Assembly: GCA_034429475.1 (NCBI GenBank)
Contig: DAOUGD010000123.1
Coordinates: 6,934 to 70,933 of the forward strand
DNA: 64,000 bases
Source: Anaerolineae bacterium
GTDB taxonomy: Bacteria > Chloroflexota > Anaerolineae > B4-G1 > SLSP01
Direction of reading: 5' to 3'
Part shown: positions 28,111 through 36,631 of the stretch, piece by piece
Position numbering within the stretch: position 1 is the first letter of the stretch
Layout: each line of letters starts with the position of its first letter
Notes under the pieces: model-generated
The model's database searches: none
Told to the model about the DNA's origin: nothing
What the model saw: the letters and a program-made list of their open reading frames with translations, nothing else
Position numbers and translations under genes: made by a program

Positions 28111-28941
28111 ATGAGCTTTCGCTACTACGGCAGTAAGAAAAGTCTGGCCGCGTGGATTACGGAAATGTTGCCGCGCCACGTCTGCTACGTCGAACCCTAC
28201 GGCGGCAGCGCGGCGGTGTTGCTGCATCGCAATCCACCCGCGCCCCGCGAGGTGTACAACGACCTCGACGACCAGGTCGTGACGCTGTTCCGCGTGCTGC
28301 GTGAGCGTCCAGCGGAGTTGGCCGCGCAGGTTGCCTTCACCCCCTACGCCCGCCGCGAGGTGGAAACCGCCCGCCAGCCGCTGGCTCCCACCCACCCGGA
28401 CTATGACCTGGAAGTGGCCCGCCGTTTCCTGATCCGCGCCGGGCAGACCCGCGCGGGGGCCTCACGGCGGGATGTCCATTGGATCTGGCAAAAGGCAGGG
28501 AATCGGGGCGGCTACTACCCGGCGGAATGGGCCGAGTTGCCGGCGGAACTCCTGCGCATCGCCGCGCGCCTCAAGCACGTCCAGATCGAGCACACGGACG
28601 CGCTGACGGCGATTGTGCGCTACGACAGCCCGCAGACCTGCTTCTACCTCGACCCGCCGTATCTGTTTCCGCACAAGCAGCGCGCCGGGACGTACCGCTG
28701 CGAAATGACGCCGGACGATCATCGGGAACTAGCGCAGCTCCTTCACGACATCAAAGGCATGGCGCTCATCAGCGGCGTGCCGGGCGAGTACGACCAGTTG
28801 TACGGCGACTGGCGGCGCGAATGTCTACCGGCGCTCACCAGCAGTCACACGGTCACGCCGGAATGTGTGTGGCTCTCGCCGGCGGCGCAACGGTACGCCC
28901 CTCAACCGCGCCTGTGGGCCGAGGCCGGCGATGCCCTTTAA
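28111..28941 (+). CDS. DNA adenine methyltransferase, D12 class (Dam-like)
   Basis: N-terminal FRYYGSKKSLAAWI and catalytic DPPY (CFYLDPPYLFP). Confidence 0.85.
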   Translation: MSFRYYGSKKSLAAWITEMLPRHVCYVEPYGGSAAVLLHRNPPAPREVYNDLDDQVVTLFRVLRERPAELAAQVAFTPYARREVETARQPLAPTHPDYDLEVARRFLIRAGQTRAGASRRDVHWIWQKAGNRGGYYPAEWAELPAELLRIAARLKHVQIEHTDALTAIVRYDSPQTCFYLDPPYLFPHKQRAGTYRCEMTPDDHRELAQLLHDIKGMALISGVPGEYDQLYGDWRRECLPALTSSHTVTPECVWLSPAAQRYAPQPRLWAEAGDAL

Positions 28942-29245
28942 GCGTTGGCTGTATCCACGCAATTGGAAAGCGATTGCGGCGCGGATCAAGACGGCGGCGG
29001 GCTGGCGGTGTGAACAATGCGGCCATCCGCACGACCCGGTGGGGTACTATGTCCTGGCAGTGCATCACATTGATGGCGACCGGGCGAACAACGCGGACGA
29101 AAACCTGGTGGCGTTGTGCCAACGCTGTCACCTGGCGCTGCACGCGCGGAAGCTGGTCGGGCAACGGATGTTCGAGTTTGCCTGGCCCACCTGGTGGCGC
29201 AAACGCCAGCCGCCGGCGGAACACGCCGGGGAAAAACACGACTGA
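28931..29245 (+). CDS. HNH endonuclease
   Basis: HNH motif HHIDGDRANNADENLVALCQRCH plus CEQCG zinc knuckle; ATG overlaps the Dam stop by 11 nt. Confidence 0.8.
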   Translation: MPFKRWLYPRNWKAIAARIKTAAGWRCEQCGHPHDPVGYYVLAVHHIDGDRANNADENLVALCQRCHLALHARKLVGQRMFEFAWPTWWRKRQPPAEHAGEKHD

Positions 29246-29266
29246 TTTCGCACAACGGAGGAACCG

Positions 29267-29908
29267 ATGGAAGTGGATAACACATTTATTCCAGATAGAT
29301 TTGCAGATTTGATCGCTGCGGGGCTGATGTGCCCCTATTGTCATATTCCGCTGGTGGCAACTAACTTAGTTCCCCTACACAGATTAGCCATAGGAGTACA
29401 CGCGGGGCGGCCCTGGATCGGGACCACTCATACCCACGCCACTGGCGAACTGACTCACATTTACTGTGAACAGTGCGGCTACCCCGAAATCGTCTGGACA
29501 GAAGCAGAGCAGGTCGCGCTGCGCCAATACGAGATACAAGCCCTGGCTGTGTTCGAGCAGTACCCCGAACAGTTCCCGGTGTATATCTATCGCCAGGATG
29601 ATGGGTTACAGTTTAGCTTGGTTGAAACTGGCGCAAAATTACTCAAAACCATCTATCCGCTTTACCGCGTAATGAGCCGCTCAACATCTCAACCAACGCA
29701 TGTATGGGAGTCGGCGGGAAACGCATTTCACACCCCGGACGCCGCGGCGGCACAGTGTCATTCATTTGGCATTTACGAACAATGGGTCACACCCTTGCGT
29801 CTCTACACGGTGTGGCCATGGGAAGATCGGATATGGATACTACAACCGTTGCATGAAGAGGACTTGTGCAACTACCCGGAGTACCTGACGCCGCAGAGGG
29901 CAAGATAA
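29267..29908 (+). CDS. hypothetical protein with zinc-ribbon Cys pairs (CPYC...CEQC)
   Basis: GGAGG RBS; 213 aa. Confidence 0.5.
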   Translation: MEVDNTFIPDRFADLIAAGLMCPYCHIPLVATNLVPLHRLAIGVHAGRPWIGTTHTHATGELTHIYCEQCGYPEIVWTEAEQVALRQYEIQALAVFEQYPEQFPVYIYRQDDGLQFSLVETGAKLLKTIYPLYRVMSRSTSQPTHVWESAGNAFHTPDAAAAQCHSFGIYEQWVTPLRLYTVWPWEDRIWILQPLHEEDLCNYPEYLTPQRAR

Positions 29909-30949
29909 ATGATCCTGGCATTACCTATCTATACCTGGGGCGCCGCCCCGGAAAACCTGAAAACGCGCCGTCAACTGGCCGAAATGGGCTTACGGCCCGG
30001 CGGCCCGGAAGTGGCGCGCGTGGAGTGGTTCCGGCAGGGGACACCCAGGTTTGCCCGACTGTATGACGTGGCCCAGGCCGTGCCGAAGTCGCCGGCCACG
30101 TCTACGCAGTTAGCCGCACTGGCAAAAGCACGGCTGAAGCGGCAACAATGCCCGGTCTGCGGCTATGCCCTGGGACATATACCGGGTCGGCGTTTCTATC
30201 CACCCACCGATTGCCCACAATGCTGCGCCCGCCAACGCCAGGCAGACCGCGCGCGGGCGACCCAGCGCGCGCAACAGGCATTGGCGAATCCGCAAGCCGT
30301 CATCCTGGACACCGAAACGACTGACCTTGACGGCTACCTTGTCCAGATCGCCGTGTTGAGCGGGGACGGAACGGTGCTGCTGGACACGCGGCTCAACCCG
30401 GGGGCCGCCATCAGCCCGGACGCCCAGGCCATCCACGGAATTACCGCCGAGATGGTGGCAGCTGCGCCCAGGTTTCAGGACATGGAAGCCGAGCTACAAG
30501 CCCTGCTCACTGATCGGCCGGTGTGGATTTACCACGCCGATTTCGACATCGGGGTCCTGGATCGGGAAGTGGAGCGGGCACACCCCCGCGACCGCCACGC
30601 GCCGGGGGAGTGGACGCCAGCGTGGCCGAGTGCGCTGCACCACTATTGCGCGATGGAACTGTACGCGGCGTGGGTAGGCGAGTGGAGCGACTATTACCGC
30701 AACTATCGCTGGCAGCGCCTGCCGGGTGGGGATCACACGGCGCTGGGCGACTGTCAGGCGACATTGGCGGTACTCAAAGCTATGGCCACCGGCGGGAAAC
30801 CAGATGCCGGCTTTCAAACAATGGGCACTGATTGCCAATATTGCCCTACCTGCGCCCGATTTGTCTGGGTGGTGGGGTGCAACGCCGCCGGGCAATTCAT
30901 CTGCCCGGATTGTGGGGCAGTGACGCAGGAACAGGAGTTACCGTTTTGA
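29909..30949 (+). CDS. DEDDh 3-prime-5-prime exonuclease (DnaQ-like) fused to zinc-finger modules
   Basis: Exo I ILDTETTD, Exo II IYHADFDIGVLD, Exo III HTALGDCQATLAVLK; CPVCG and CPDCG zinc fingers. Confidence 0.75.
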   Translation: MILALPIYTWGAAPENLKTRRQLAEMGLRPGGPEVARVEWFRQGTPRFARLYDVAQAVPKSPATSTQLAALAKARLKRQQCPVCGYALGHIPGRRFYPPTDCPQCCARQRQADRARATQRAQQALANPQAVILDTETTDLDGYLVQIAVLSGDGTVLLDTRLNPGAAISPDAQAIHGITAEMVAAAPRFQDMEAELQALLTDRPVWIYHADFDIGVLDREVERAHPRDRHAPGEWTPAWPSALHHYCAMELYAAWVGEWSDYYRNYRWQRLPGGDHTALGDCQATLAVLKAMATGGKPDAGFQTMGTDCQYCPTCARFVWVVGCNAAGQFICPDCGAVTQEQELPF

Positions 30950-31383
30950 TGGACGAGGTCTGGCCTGGCGGGCGCGCTGGCGATCCGCGCGCTCTGGCGT
31001 TGTACCGGCGGCATTACTCGTGCTATCAGTATCGGGACGGCCGCCGCCCTACGCGCTTTGCCGGACCAGGGGACCGCCTGGTGCTGCTCACACCGGAATG
31101 CAATGCCCTGTTGGTATGGCGCAAATTCCGCGATGCCCGCGGGCAGGTCGGCGTGACCTGCGCCGTGTTCCGCAACGCAGGGCCGCGGTTGTCCCGCGAT
31201 TTGCTGCGCGCCGGGATGGCGCGGGTCTGGACGCGCTGGCCAGGCGCACGGTTATATACCTGCGTCAACCCATACCGGATTCGCAGCACCAATCCGGGCT
31301 ACTGTTTTCGAATGGCGGGATGGCGCAAATGCGGGCGCACGCAGGCGCGGCGACTGGTGATTTTGGAGGCATATCCAGATTGA
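30949..31383 (+). CDS. conserved hypothetical plasmid/phage protein
   Basis: ATG overlaps the upstream stop (TGATGG); ALYRRHYSCYQY...NPGYCFRMAGW. Confidence 0.5.
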   Translation: MDEVWPGGRAGDPRALALYRRHYSCYQYRDGRRPTRFAGPGDRLVLLTPECNALLVWRKFRDARGQVGVTCAVFRNAGPRLSRDLLRAGMARVWTRWPGARLYTCVNPYRIRSTNPGYCFRMAGWRKCGRTQARRLVILEAYPD

Positions 31384-31411
31384 GAGTAATGCTGTGAAAC
31401 AAGGACGAGCA

Positions 31412-31783
31412 ATGACCACCAACTCAGACTTCAAAGCCTGGTTATTAACCCAAATCCAGCCGCGTGGTTGGCGACTGGCCGACCTGGCGCGGCACAGTGG
31501 AGTACGCTACACTACCCTCAACCGTATCTTCAGTGGCACGCGGGGCATCGGCCCGGATGTCTGCCGGGCATTGGCACACGCCCTCGGGCTGCCCGCCGAA
31601 ATGGTATTCCGGCAAGCCGGGTTACTCCCGGCGGCGCCCGATCTGACCGCCATCCCGGAACTGCTGGCTGTGGCCCTGGCTATGCTCACCGCGCTGCCGC
31701 CATCCGAGCAGCAATTGATCGGCGAGTTCATTCAATGGCGCTACACCCGCCAGCCATTGGAAAACGCACAGGGGAAACGATGA
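31412..31783 (+). CDS. XRE-family HTH transcriptional regulator (repressor-like)
   Basis: LADLARHSGVRYTTLNRIFSGTRGIGPDVCRALAHALG. Confidence 0.6.
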   Translation: MTTNSDFKAWLLTQIQPRGWRLADLARHSGVRYTTLNRIFSGTRGIGPDVCRALAHALGLPAEMVFRQAGLLPAAPDLTAIPELLAVALAMLTALPPSEQQLIGEFIQWRYTRQPLENAQGKR

Positions 31784-32184
31784 CTGAGAGCCAGGTAGAT
31801 TTCACCGAATTGTCGCATGGCGCGCAACGCCGGATCATGCGCCGCCCCACTGTAGCAGTATTGGCACGGGTCAGTAGGGGCCGGGGCTGGAGCTTGATAT
31901 GGCCGCACAATGCGGCTCACCGGGAAGCATTGCTCATGCAAGGCTACCATCCCATTGGCAATATCCCGGATAAAGCGACGTGGTCCGCGCAACCCCCGCC
32001 CCAGTACGTGGTGCAGTGCGGACGCTGGGGCGTGCAGGTACACGCTGACGGGACGTATACCCTGCGCCGTACGGACTGCCCGATCACCCTGCGACTGACA
32101 GGGCCAGATTTGACCGACGCCACGAACGCGCTGGTGCAGGTCGAGGTTGCCCGCCAACCGGTATTACGGTCCGTTTCAGAATGA
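31780..32184 (+). CDS. hypothetical protein (island)
   Basis: ATG overlaps the upstream stop; the 5-prime part of track ORF 31468..32184 is an out-of-frame overlap. Confidence 0.45.
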   Translation: MTESQVDFTELSHGAQRRIMRRPTVAVLARVSRGRGWSLIWPHNAAHREALLMQGYHPIGNIPDKATWSAQPPPQYVVQCGRWGVQVHADGTYTLRRTDCPITLRLTGPDLTDATNALVQVEVARQPVLRSVSE

Positions 32185-32247
32185 GGCTGGAAAGCATGGC
32201 ACTTATGGTGGGAAATCTTATCAATAGCGTAGGAGTCGTTATACATC

Positions 32248-32592
32248 ATGCGGAATTTGTCTACATGGCTACTGGAGCAGCTGGAACAGCGGCGCTGGGA
32301 TGTTGGCGAATTGGCGCGGCGCAGCTACCTATCGGAACAAACAATTTACTCGCTGCTCAACCCCAAGACCCCCAACGTCAGATCGGATACCCTGCTCAAA
32401 CTGATCCGCACCCTCAAAATTTCGTTAGTCACCTTTGCGGTGCAGCTTAGCGGAATGCCCGAATATCGCCAGCCCGAAACGCTGGAAATCGCCGATCTGT
32501 GCGATTTGTTGGGGGATGACGAACGGCGCGTCATTCTGGGTATCGTACGCTCACTATTCTCTGAGGCGAAAGATGATCCAGACGAGATATGA
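32248..32592 (+). CDS. XRE-family HTH transcriptional regulator
   Basis: VGELARRSYLSEQTIYSLLNPKTPNVRSDTLLKLIRTLKISLVTF. Confidence 0.55.
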   Translation: MRNLSTWLLEQLEQRRWDVGELARRSYLSEQTIYSLLNPKTPNVRSDTLLKLIRTLKISLVTFAVQLSGMPEYRQPETLEIADLCDLLGDDERRVILGIVRSLFSEAKDDPDEI

Positions 32593-32814
32593 GCAGCGTG
32601 GGACAGCCGGCCAGCGGAGACTGGCCGGTAGAAATCCCGACCACGCACTGGGCGCGGTGGCTGGAACAGGCGCGGCAGGTATAACAGCCGCTACGCCCGG
32701 TTGAAAATCGGGCCGACGGCCCAAGCCTCGTTCATCGTGACCGTGCAGTTAACGCTAGACGAGTTGGGTGAGATTCTGGCCAGGGCAATACGCAATGGAG
32801 ATAGGGTGGTGAAA

Positions 32815-33663
32815 ATGGAAACGAAAGCCTTCGATGGCGCCCGCGTGTGGCAAGCGGCGCTGGGGGAACTGCAATTGCAGATGACCAGCGCCACCTATCA
32901 TACGTGGCTGAGTGATACGCGCTGGGTGGCGACGGATACCGACAGTGAGACACTGATCATCGCGGTGAAGAATGGCTATGCCGTGGAGTGGCTCTCCAAC
33001 CGGCTGTACCCGGTCGTCGAGCGCACCCTCAAGCGCATCACTGGCAACGGTTGGGCAGCGCAGTTCGTTGTTCAGGAGCCTACCCCCATCCAGCGCCCGG
33101 AGTGGTTGGCGACTGAAGTCGCATGGCGCGCCCCGGACTTTGATCCGAGCGACCCCAAGAAAGTGGCCGGGTGGGTACCGGTGCCGGAGTACGGGCAACT
33201 GTTCTGGGCGCCCTTGTTGGGGCCGATTGCCTGGCGGGTGTGGGAGATCGTGCGGCGTACCGACCATCAGGGCGCACCTCACGATTGGACACCGCGTGTG
33301 CGTTACAGCGCACCGGAACTGGCCCGGCTCGTGCCGTGCGGCAAGCAGGCCTTGACCGGGCGCAACCGGCAGTGTGATCCCGATACCCCTGGGGCGCAAG
33401 AAATGACGCTGACGCCACTGGGCCAGGCCGCCATGACGACTTGGGCGCGGCACAACCCTGGTGCGTTTGACCGGTTGCAGCAGTATGATTTGGCCGAGAT
33501 CACTGTCAGTGGCAGTGGCCGGCGCCAGGTCTATACGCTGAGTGTGCGTTGGCGGTTGCCATTGCTACACCCCACCGAGGTCGCGGAACTCAGCGCTGAG
33601 CTACAAATCCGCCATGACCAGTGGGTACTGGAACACGGCATGGATCCGGAGTTGTGGGCATAA
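32815..33663 (+). CDS. putative replication initiator with DnaA N-terminal-like domain
   Basis: ARVWQAALGELQLQMTSATYHTWLSDTRWVATDTDSETLIIAVKNGYAVEWLSNRLYPVVERTL resembles the DnaA_N fold pattern; followed immediately by iterons. Confidence 0.5.
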   Translation: METKAFDGARVWQAALGELQLQMTSATYHTWLSDTRWVATDTDSETLIIAVKNGYAVEWLSNRLYPVVERTLKRITGNGWAAQFVVQEPTPIQRPEWLATEVAWRAPDFDPSDPKKVAGWVPVPEYGQLFWAPLLGPIAWRVWEIVRRTDHQGAPHDWTPRVRYSAPELARLVPCGKQALTGRNRQCDPDTPGAQEMTLTPLGQAAMTTWARHNPGAFDRLQQYDLAEITVSGSGRRQVYTLSVRWRLPLLHPTEVAELSAELQIRHDQWVLEHGMDPELWA

Positions 33664-34207
33664 AACCACGATACGGTGCAAATGCACCGAATATATGATG
33701 CAAATGCACCGATAATGTAACGAGCAGGTGATTGCGTCCAGAGATCAGTACAGGAAGATTGCAGGAAGCGAGTTATGTTCACTCTGTCAGTGACGTGCGC
33801 CAATCCTACAGATTTGGGAAATAGCGCGGCGTTGATTGTGGTCTGTCTCCATAACCAAGGTCTCGCGTGCCGCTGGAACCCGCGAAGCCCGGTTGCCGGG
33901 GGCAACTTGCGGTCAGACAGTTTTACGTTCTGTTTGCCGGATATGGTAAAGGTGGGCGCCGAAACCGCCGATCAACTACGCCACCTTACCTGGAATTTAC
34001 ATAACACGGCTGAGATGATAGACACCGAAATTGCGGCATTTGAGCATGGCTGCCACTCCGCGACCACCACTGTCCGGTGGAATGGGATCGTCCGGAGGCC
34101 GATCAATCCCCGTTTTCGCTGCAAATGCACCGAATATCCGATGCAAATGCACCGATAATGATGCAGCAAACTGTCTAAAGAGTAATATCGCACACAAAAA
34201 ATTACTC

Positions 34208-34244
34208 GCCACCGTCCCCCAGGAGCACTCCTGGGGGCGGTGGC
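34208..34244. other. strong hairpin: GCCACCGTCCCCCAGGA-GCAC-TCCTGGGGGCGGTGGC, followed by CCTTTTAAAGG
   Basis: 16-bp stem with one bulge; within the iteron region. Confidence 0.6.
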
Positions 34245-34320
34245 CTTTTAAAGGGGTTGCCAGAGGCTGGAAAACCAGGCTACGGTCCCCGGGGCATAGC
34301 GGGGCCAGCCGCGCGATTTA

Positions 34321-34359
34321 GCCGCGCATATCCGAGGTTTTGCCCCGGATATGCGCGGC
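34321..34359. other. strong hairpin: 14-bp perfect stem GCCGCGCATATCCG / CGGATATGCGCGGC, loop AGGTTTTGCCC
   Basis: Perfect complementarity read directly. Confidence 0.6.
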
Positions 34360-34758
34360 ACTGTAACTCCGAACGCATCTGGCATTCGGTGCATTTGCAC
34401 CGACCCCAGGGAGACAAGATAAGAATTAAAGATAAAACAAGAAGCCATCTGGTTCTTTATCTTATGTATGAGTCTGGCGCGCGCAGGCGCACTGCCGGGC
34501 CCTTCTCTCCAGAAAAGCTCTGTAATAGTTTTGTTGCCATTCGCCGGTTAGAAAATGTTCTAGTATTGTGGACTGGCAGTCAAAGGGATTGGAACAAAAA
34601 ACAGGCAGATTGGCACGATTTAGCTAGAAAGTTATGTTATCATAATCCCCGATGCAGCGGGATTTTTAATTAGAATCCAGCCTAAAAAACGTCTCGTGAC
34701 CGGCGCTAACTGCGGAGGCGTTTTTTGGGTGTCAATTTTACTGTGGGGAATAAGCAAA

Positions 34759-34932
34759 ATGAAACCTAAGCAACAAGCCGCTGTTTTACGTCAAGTCGCC
34801 GCCGAACTCGAACAAGGAAAATGCTCTCAGGGATTACTTTCCGCCATCCTGACCGGGTTATTTGGTAGCTCAGAACCGTCCGCCACGCGCGGCAGTGGTA
34901 AAAAATCGACCACCAACAAAAAGAAGCGGTAA
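34759..34932 (+). CDS. small protein with Lys-rich C-terminal tail (SGKKSTTNKKKR)
   Basis: 57 aa; weak. Confidence 0.3.
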   Translation: MKPKQQAAVLRQVAAELEQGKCSQGLLSAILTGLFGSSEPSATRGSGKKSTTNKKKR

Positions 34933-34937
34933 TAAAT

Positions 34938-35249
34938 ATGCTCACATTGTTGACGACCGCGCTCACGATCAGTTTGCTTTCCATTGGCTTGCTCCTGCTG
35001 CGTTTGCGGCGCAATGTCGCTGAAGAAGCCCTGGGCAGCGCGTTGTTGGGCCTCGGCGGTATTCTGCTGATTTCCCTGACGCTGGCCGACGCGGTGTTTG
35101 CGCAGTTGTTGGGTGGGCAACTCCCCGTATATTTCTGCATCGGTCTGGGCAGCCTGACTGGTCTGGTCGGCGTCGGACTGACCCTGGCGAAATTCCGGGC
35201 CTATCGCCGCACGCGCCGCGAATTGACGCAGCGGTGTACGCAACTCTAG
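34938..35249 (+). CDS. small membrane protein
   Basis: 103 aa, three hydrophobic segments. Confidence 0.4.
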   Translation: MLTLLTTALTISLLSIGLLLLRLRRNVAEEALGSALLGLGGILLISLTLADAVFAQLLGGQLPVYFCIGLGSLTGLVGVGLTLAKFRAYRRTRRELTQRCTQL

Positions 35250-35300
35250 CTCGAGCACAGTCCCCGTCGGCTAACTGTCCCAGCCCATTGGATACCCCGT

Positions 35301-36404
35301 TTGATGAAAACCCGATTAGCCTATCTGGATAATCTAAAAGTGCTGTTGACCGTACTGGTGATCATTTTACACGCCAGCGCGGCCTATGGCGGCCCGACGA
35401 ATTTCAGCGTGGCTCAGGCGGCTGACAGCGCCCTGGCCCGGCTGGTTTTCGCCGCCATTGCCGTGCGCTGTCAGCCTTTCGTGCTCGGCTGTTACTTTTT
35501 CATCGCCGGATACCTGACACCGCCGGCGCAGGCCGGCCACGGAACGCAGTTTCTGCGGCGGCGACTGCGGCAATTAGGCCTCCCACTCCTGGCTTACGAT
35601 CTTCTGGGTGAACGGTTAATTGCGGCCGAAATCGCCCTGGCGGAGCAGGGTTGGCCAGCGGCGCGCACTGCATTCTGGGCCACGCCGCTGGTTATCGGCT
35701 CCGGGCCGCTGTGGTTTGTGGAGCGGCTGCTCTGCTTGACGCTGCTGTGGGTGTTGGCGGAAAAATGGCTCGCGCCGGTTTTGGTGCGGCTCCGGCTAAC
35801 CGCTCCCACGATAGGCTGGCTTTGTGGTGGTTTGGGGCTGGTGTCGTTTGCGGTGCGGATCGTCTGGCCGTTCCAGCGGGAACTGCAATTCTTAAGCATA
35901 GATTTCCCCTGGTTACCCCTGCAATACCCCGCGTACTTTCTCCTGGGAATCGCCGCGTACCGTAACCAGGAATTGGCCCGGCTAGATCGGCGCGCCGCAC
36001 TACACTGGTTGTTATCTGCCTGGGTCGTGTTGGGCTTTTTCGGCGGACTGTATGTCTACGGAGGCGGATTGGACCACCCGCTGTTATTCGCCGGCGGACT
36101 GCGCTGGCAGAGTCTCGCCGCCGCGCTGTTTGAGCAATACTTTGGTCTGGCGCTGACCCTGGGCCTGTTGGGAGTATTTCAGCAGTGGGGCAACCGCCCC
36201 TGGCCAGCCTGGTTGGCGCGCCCCACCTTCTGGGTGTACGGGCTGCACGCGCCGCTCCTGGTAGCCGTGTGGCTGCTACTGCGCCGGTGGACGCTCCCTT
36301 CACTGGTCGCCTTTGGTCTCACCAGCGTGACGACGGTGGGAGTCAGTTGGGGTCTGGCGCTGGTAATCCTGGAGGCTAAAAAACGATGGATGCCGCGAGT
36401 TTAG
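35301..36404 (+). CDS. acyltransferase family 3 (OpgC/OatA-like) membrane protein
   Basis: N-terminus RLAYLDNLKVLLTVLVIILHASAAYGG; about 10 TM helices. Confidence 0.8.
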   Translation: MMKTRLAYLDNLKVLLTVLVIILHASAAYGGPTNFSVAQAADSALARLVFAAIAVRCQPFVLGCYFFIAGYLTPPAQAGHGTQFLRRRLRQLGLPLLAYDLLGERLIAAEIALAEQGWPAARTAFWATPLVIGSGPLWFVERLLCLTLLWVLAEKWLAPVLVRLRLTAPTIGWLCGGLGLVSFAVRIVWPFQRELQFLSIDFPWLPLQYPAYFLLGIAAYRNQELARLDRRAALHWLLSAWVVLGFFGGLYVYGGGLDHPLLFAGGLRWQSLAAALFEQYFGLALTLGLLGVFQQWGNRPWPAWLARPTFWVYGLHAPLLVAVWLLLRRWTLPSLVAFGLTSVTTVGVSWGLALVILEAKKRWMPRV

Positions 36405-36631
36405 TCGGGATATTGGCCGGGACACCCTTGGAGGAACAATCCGGGGTTTTGCGCGCCGCCCTGGCGACTGTGTGGCAGGCGCAACTGGAGATCCGTTTGG
36501 ATTTCTGGGCGCAGGATGTCCTGGCGCAGGTACGCGCCAGTAGCGACATTGCCAGCGCGGTACAAGCCGTCGCGCCGCTCCTCGACGCGGATGTGTGGAT
36601 TAGCCCGGAGTGGCCGGATGCCGGAGACTGA
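36386..36631 (+). CDS. small hypothetical protein, translationally coupled between the acyltransferase and the kinase
   Basis: ATG overlaps the upstream stop; its stop overlaps the kinase ATG. Confidence 0.4.
   Translation: MDAASLVGILAGTPLEEQSGVLRAALATVWQAQLEIRLDFWAQDVLAQVRASSDIASAVQAVAPLLDADVWISPEWPDAGD

Larger units (their letters stand above)
33677..34399. repeat. iteron set: 18-bp motif TGCAAATGCACCGA(A/T)(T/A)AT in two direct pairs (33677-33716, 34120-34159) plus one inverted copy (34384-34399)
   Basis: Exact motif matches read directly; AT-richer noncoding stretch (33.66-34.70 kb) downstream of the Rep-like gene. Confidence 0.7.
20850..34700 (+). mobile_element. plasmid-like / AICE-like conjugative island remnant (regulators, FtsK/TraB-like translocase, ParM-like partition, Dam+HNH, exonuclease, Rep + iterons); no integrase detected
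   Basis: Uninterrupted + strand gene array with mobile-element functions, flanked on the left by a tRNA fragment and IS; right boundary approximate (end of iteron/hairpin region). Confidence 0.5.

Noticed and set aside
33775-34158. 127-aa ORF inside the iteron region
   Set aside because: Composition is not protein-like and there is no RBS. It is bracketed by iterons and hairpins, so the noncoding-origin interpretation is preferred.
20850-34700. Search for an integrase or excisionase to complete the island
   Set aside because: No ORF shows tyrosine-recombinase (R..H..R..Y) or serine-recombinase signatures. The 320-aa 32701..33663 product is DnaA-N-like rather than Int-like. Reported as absent rather than forced.
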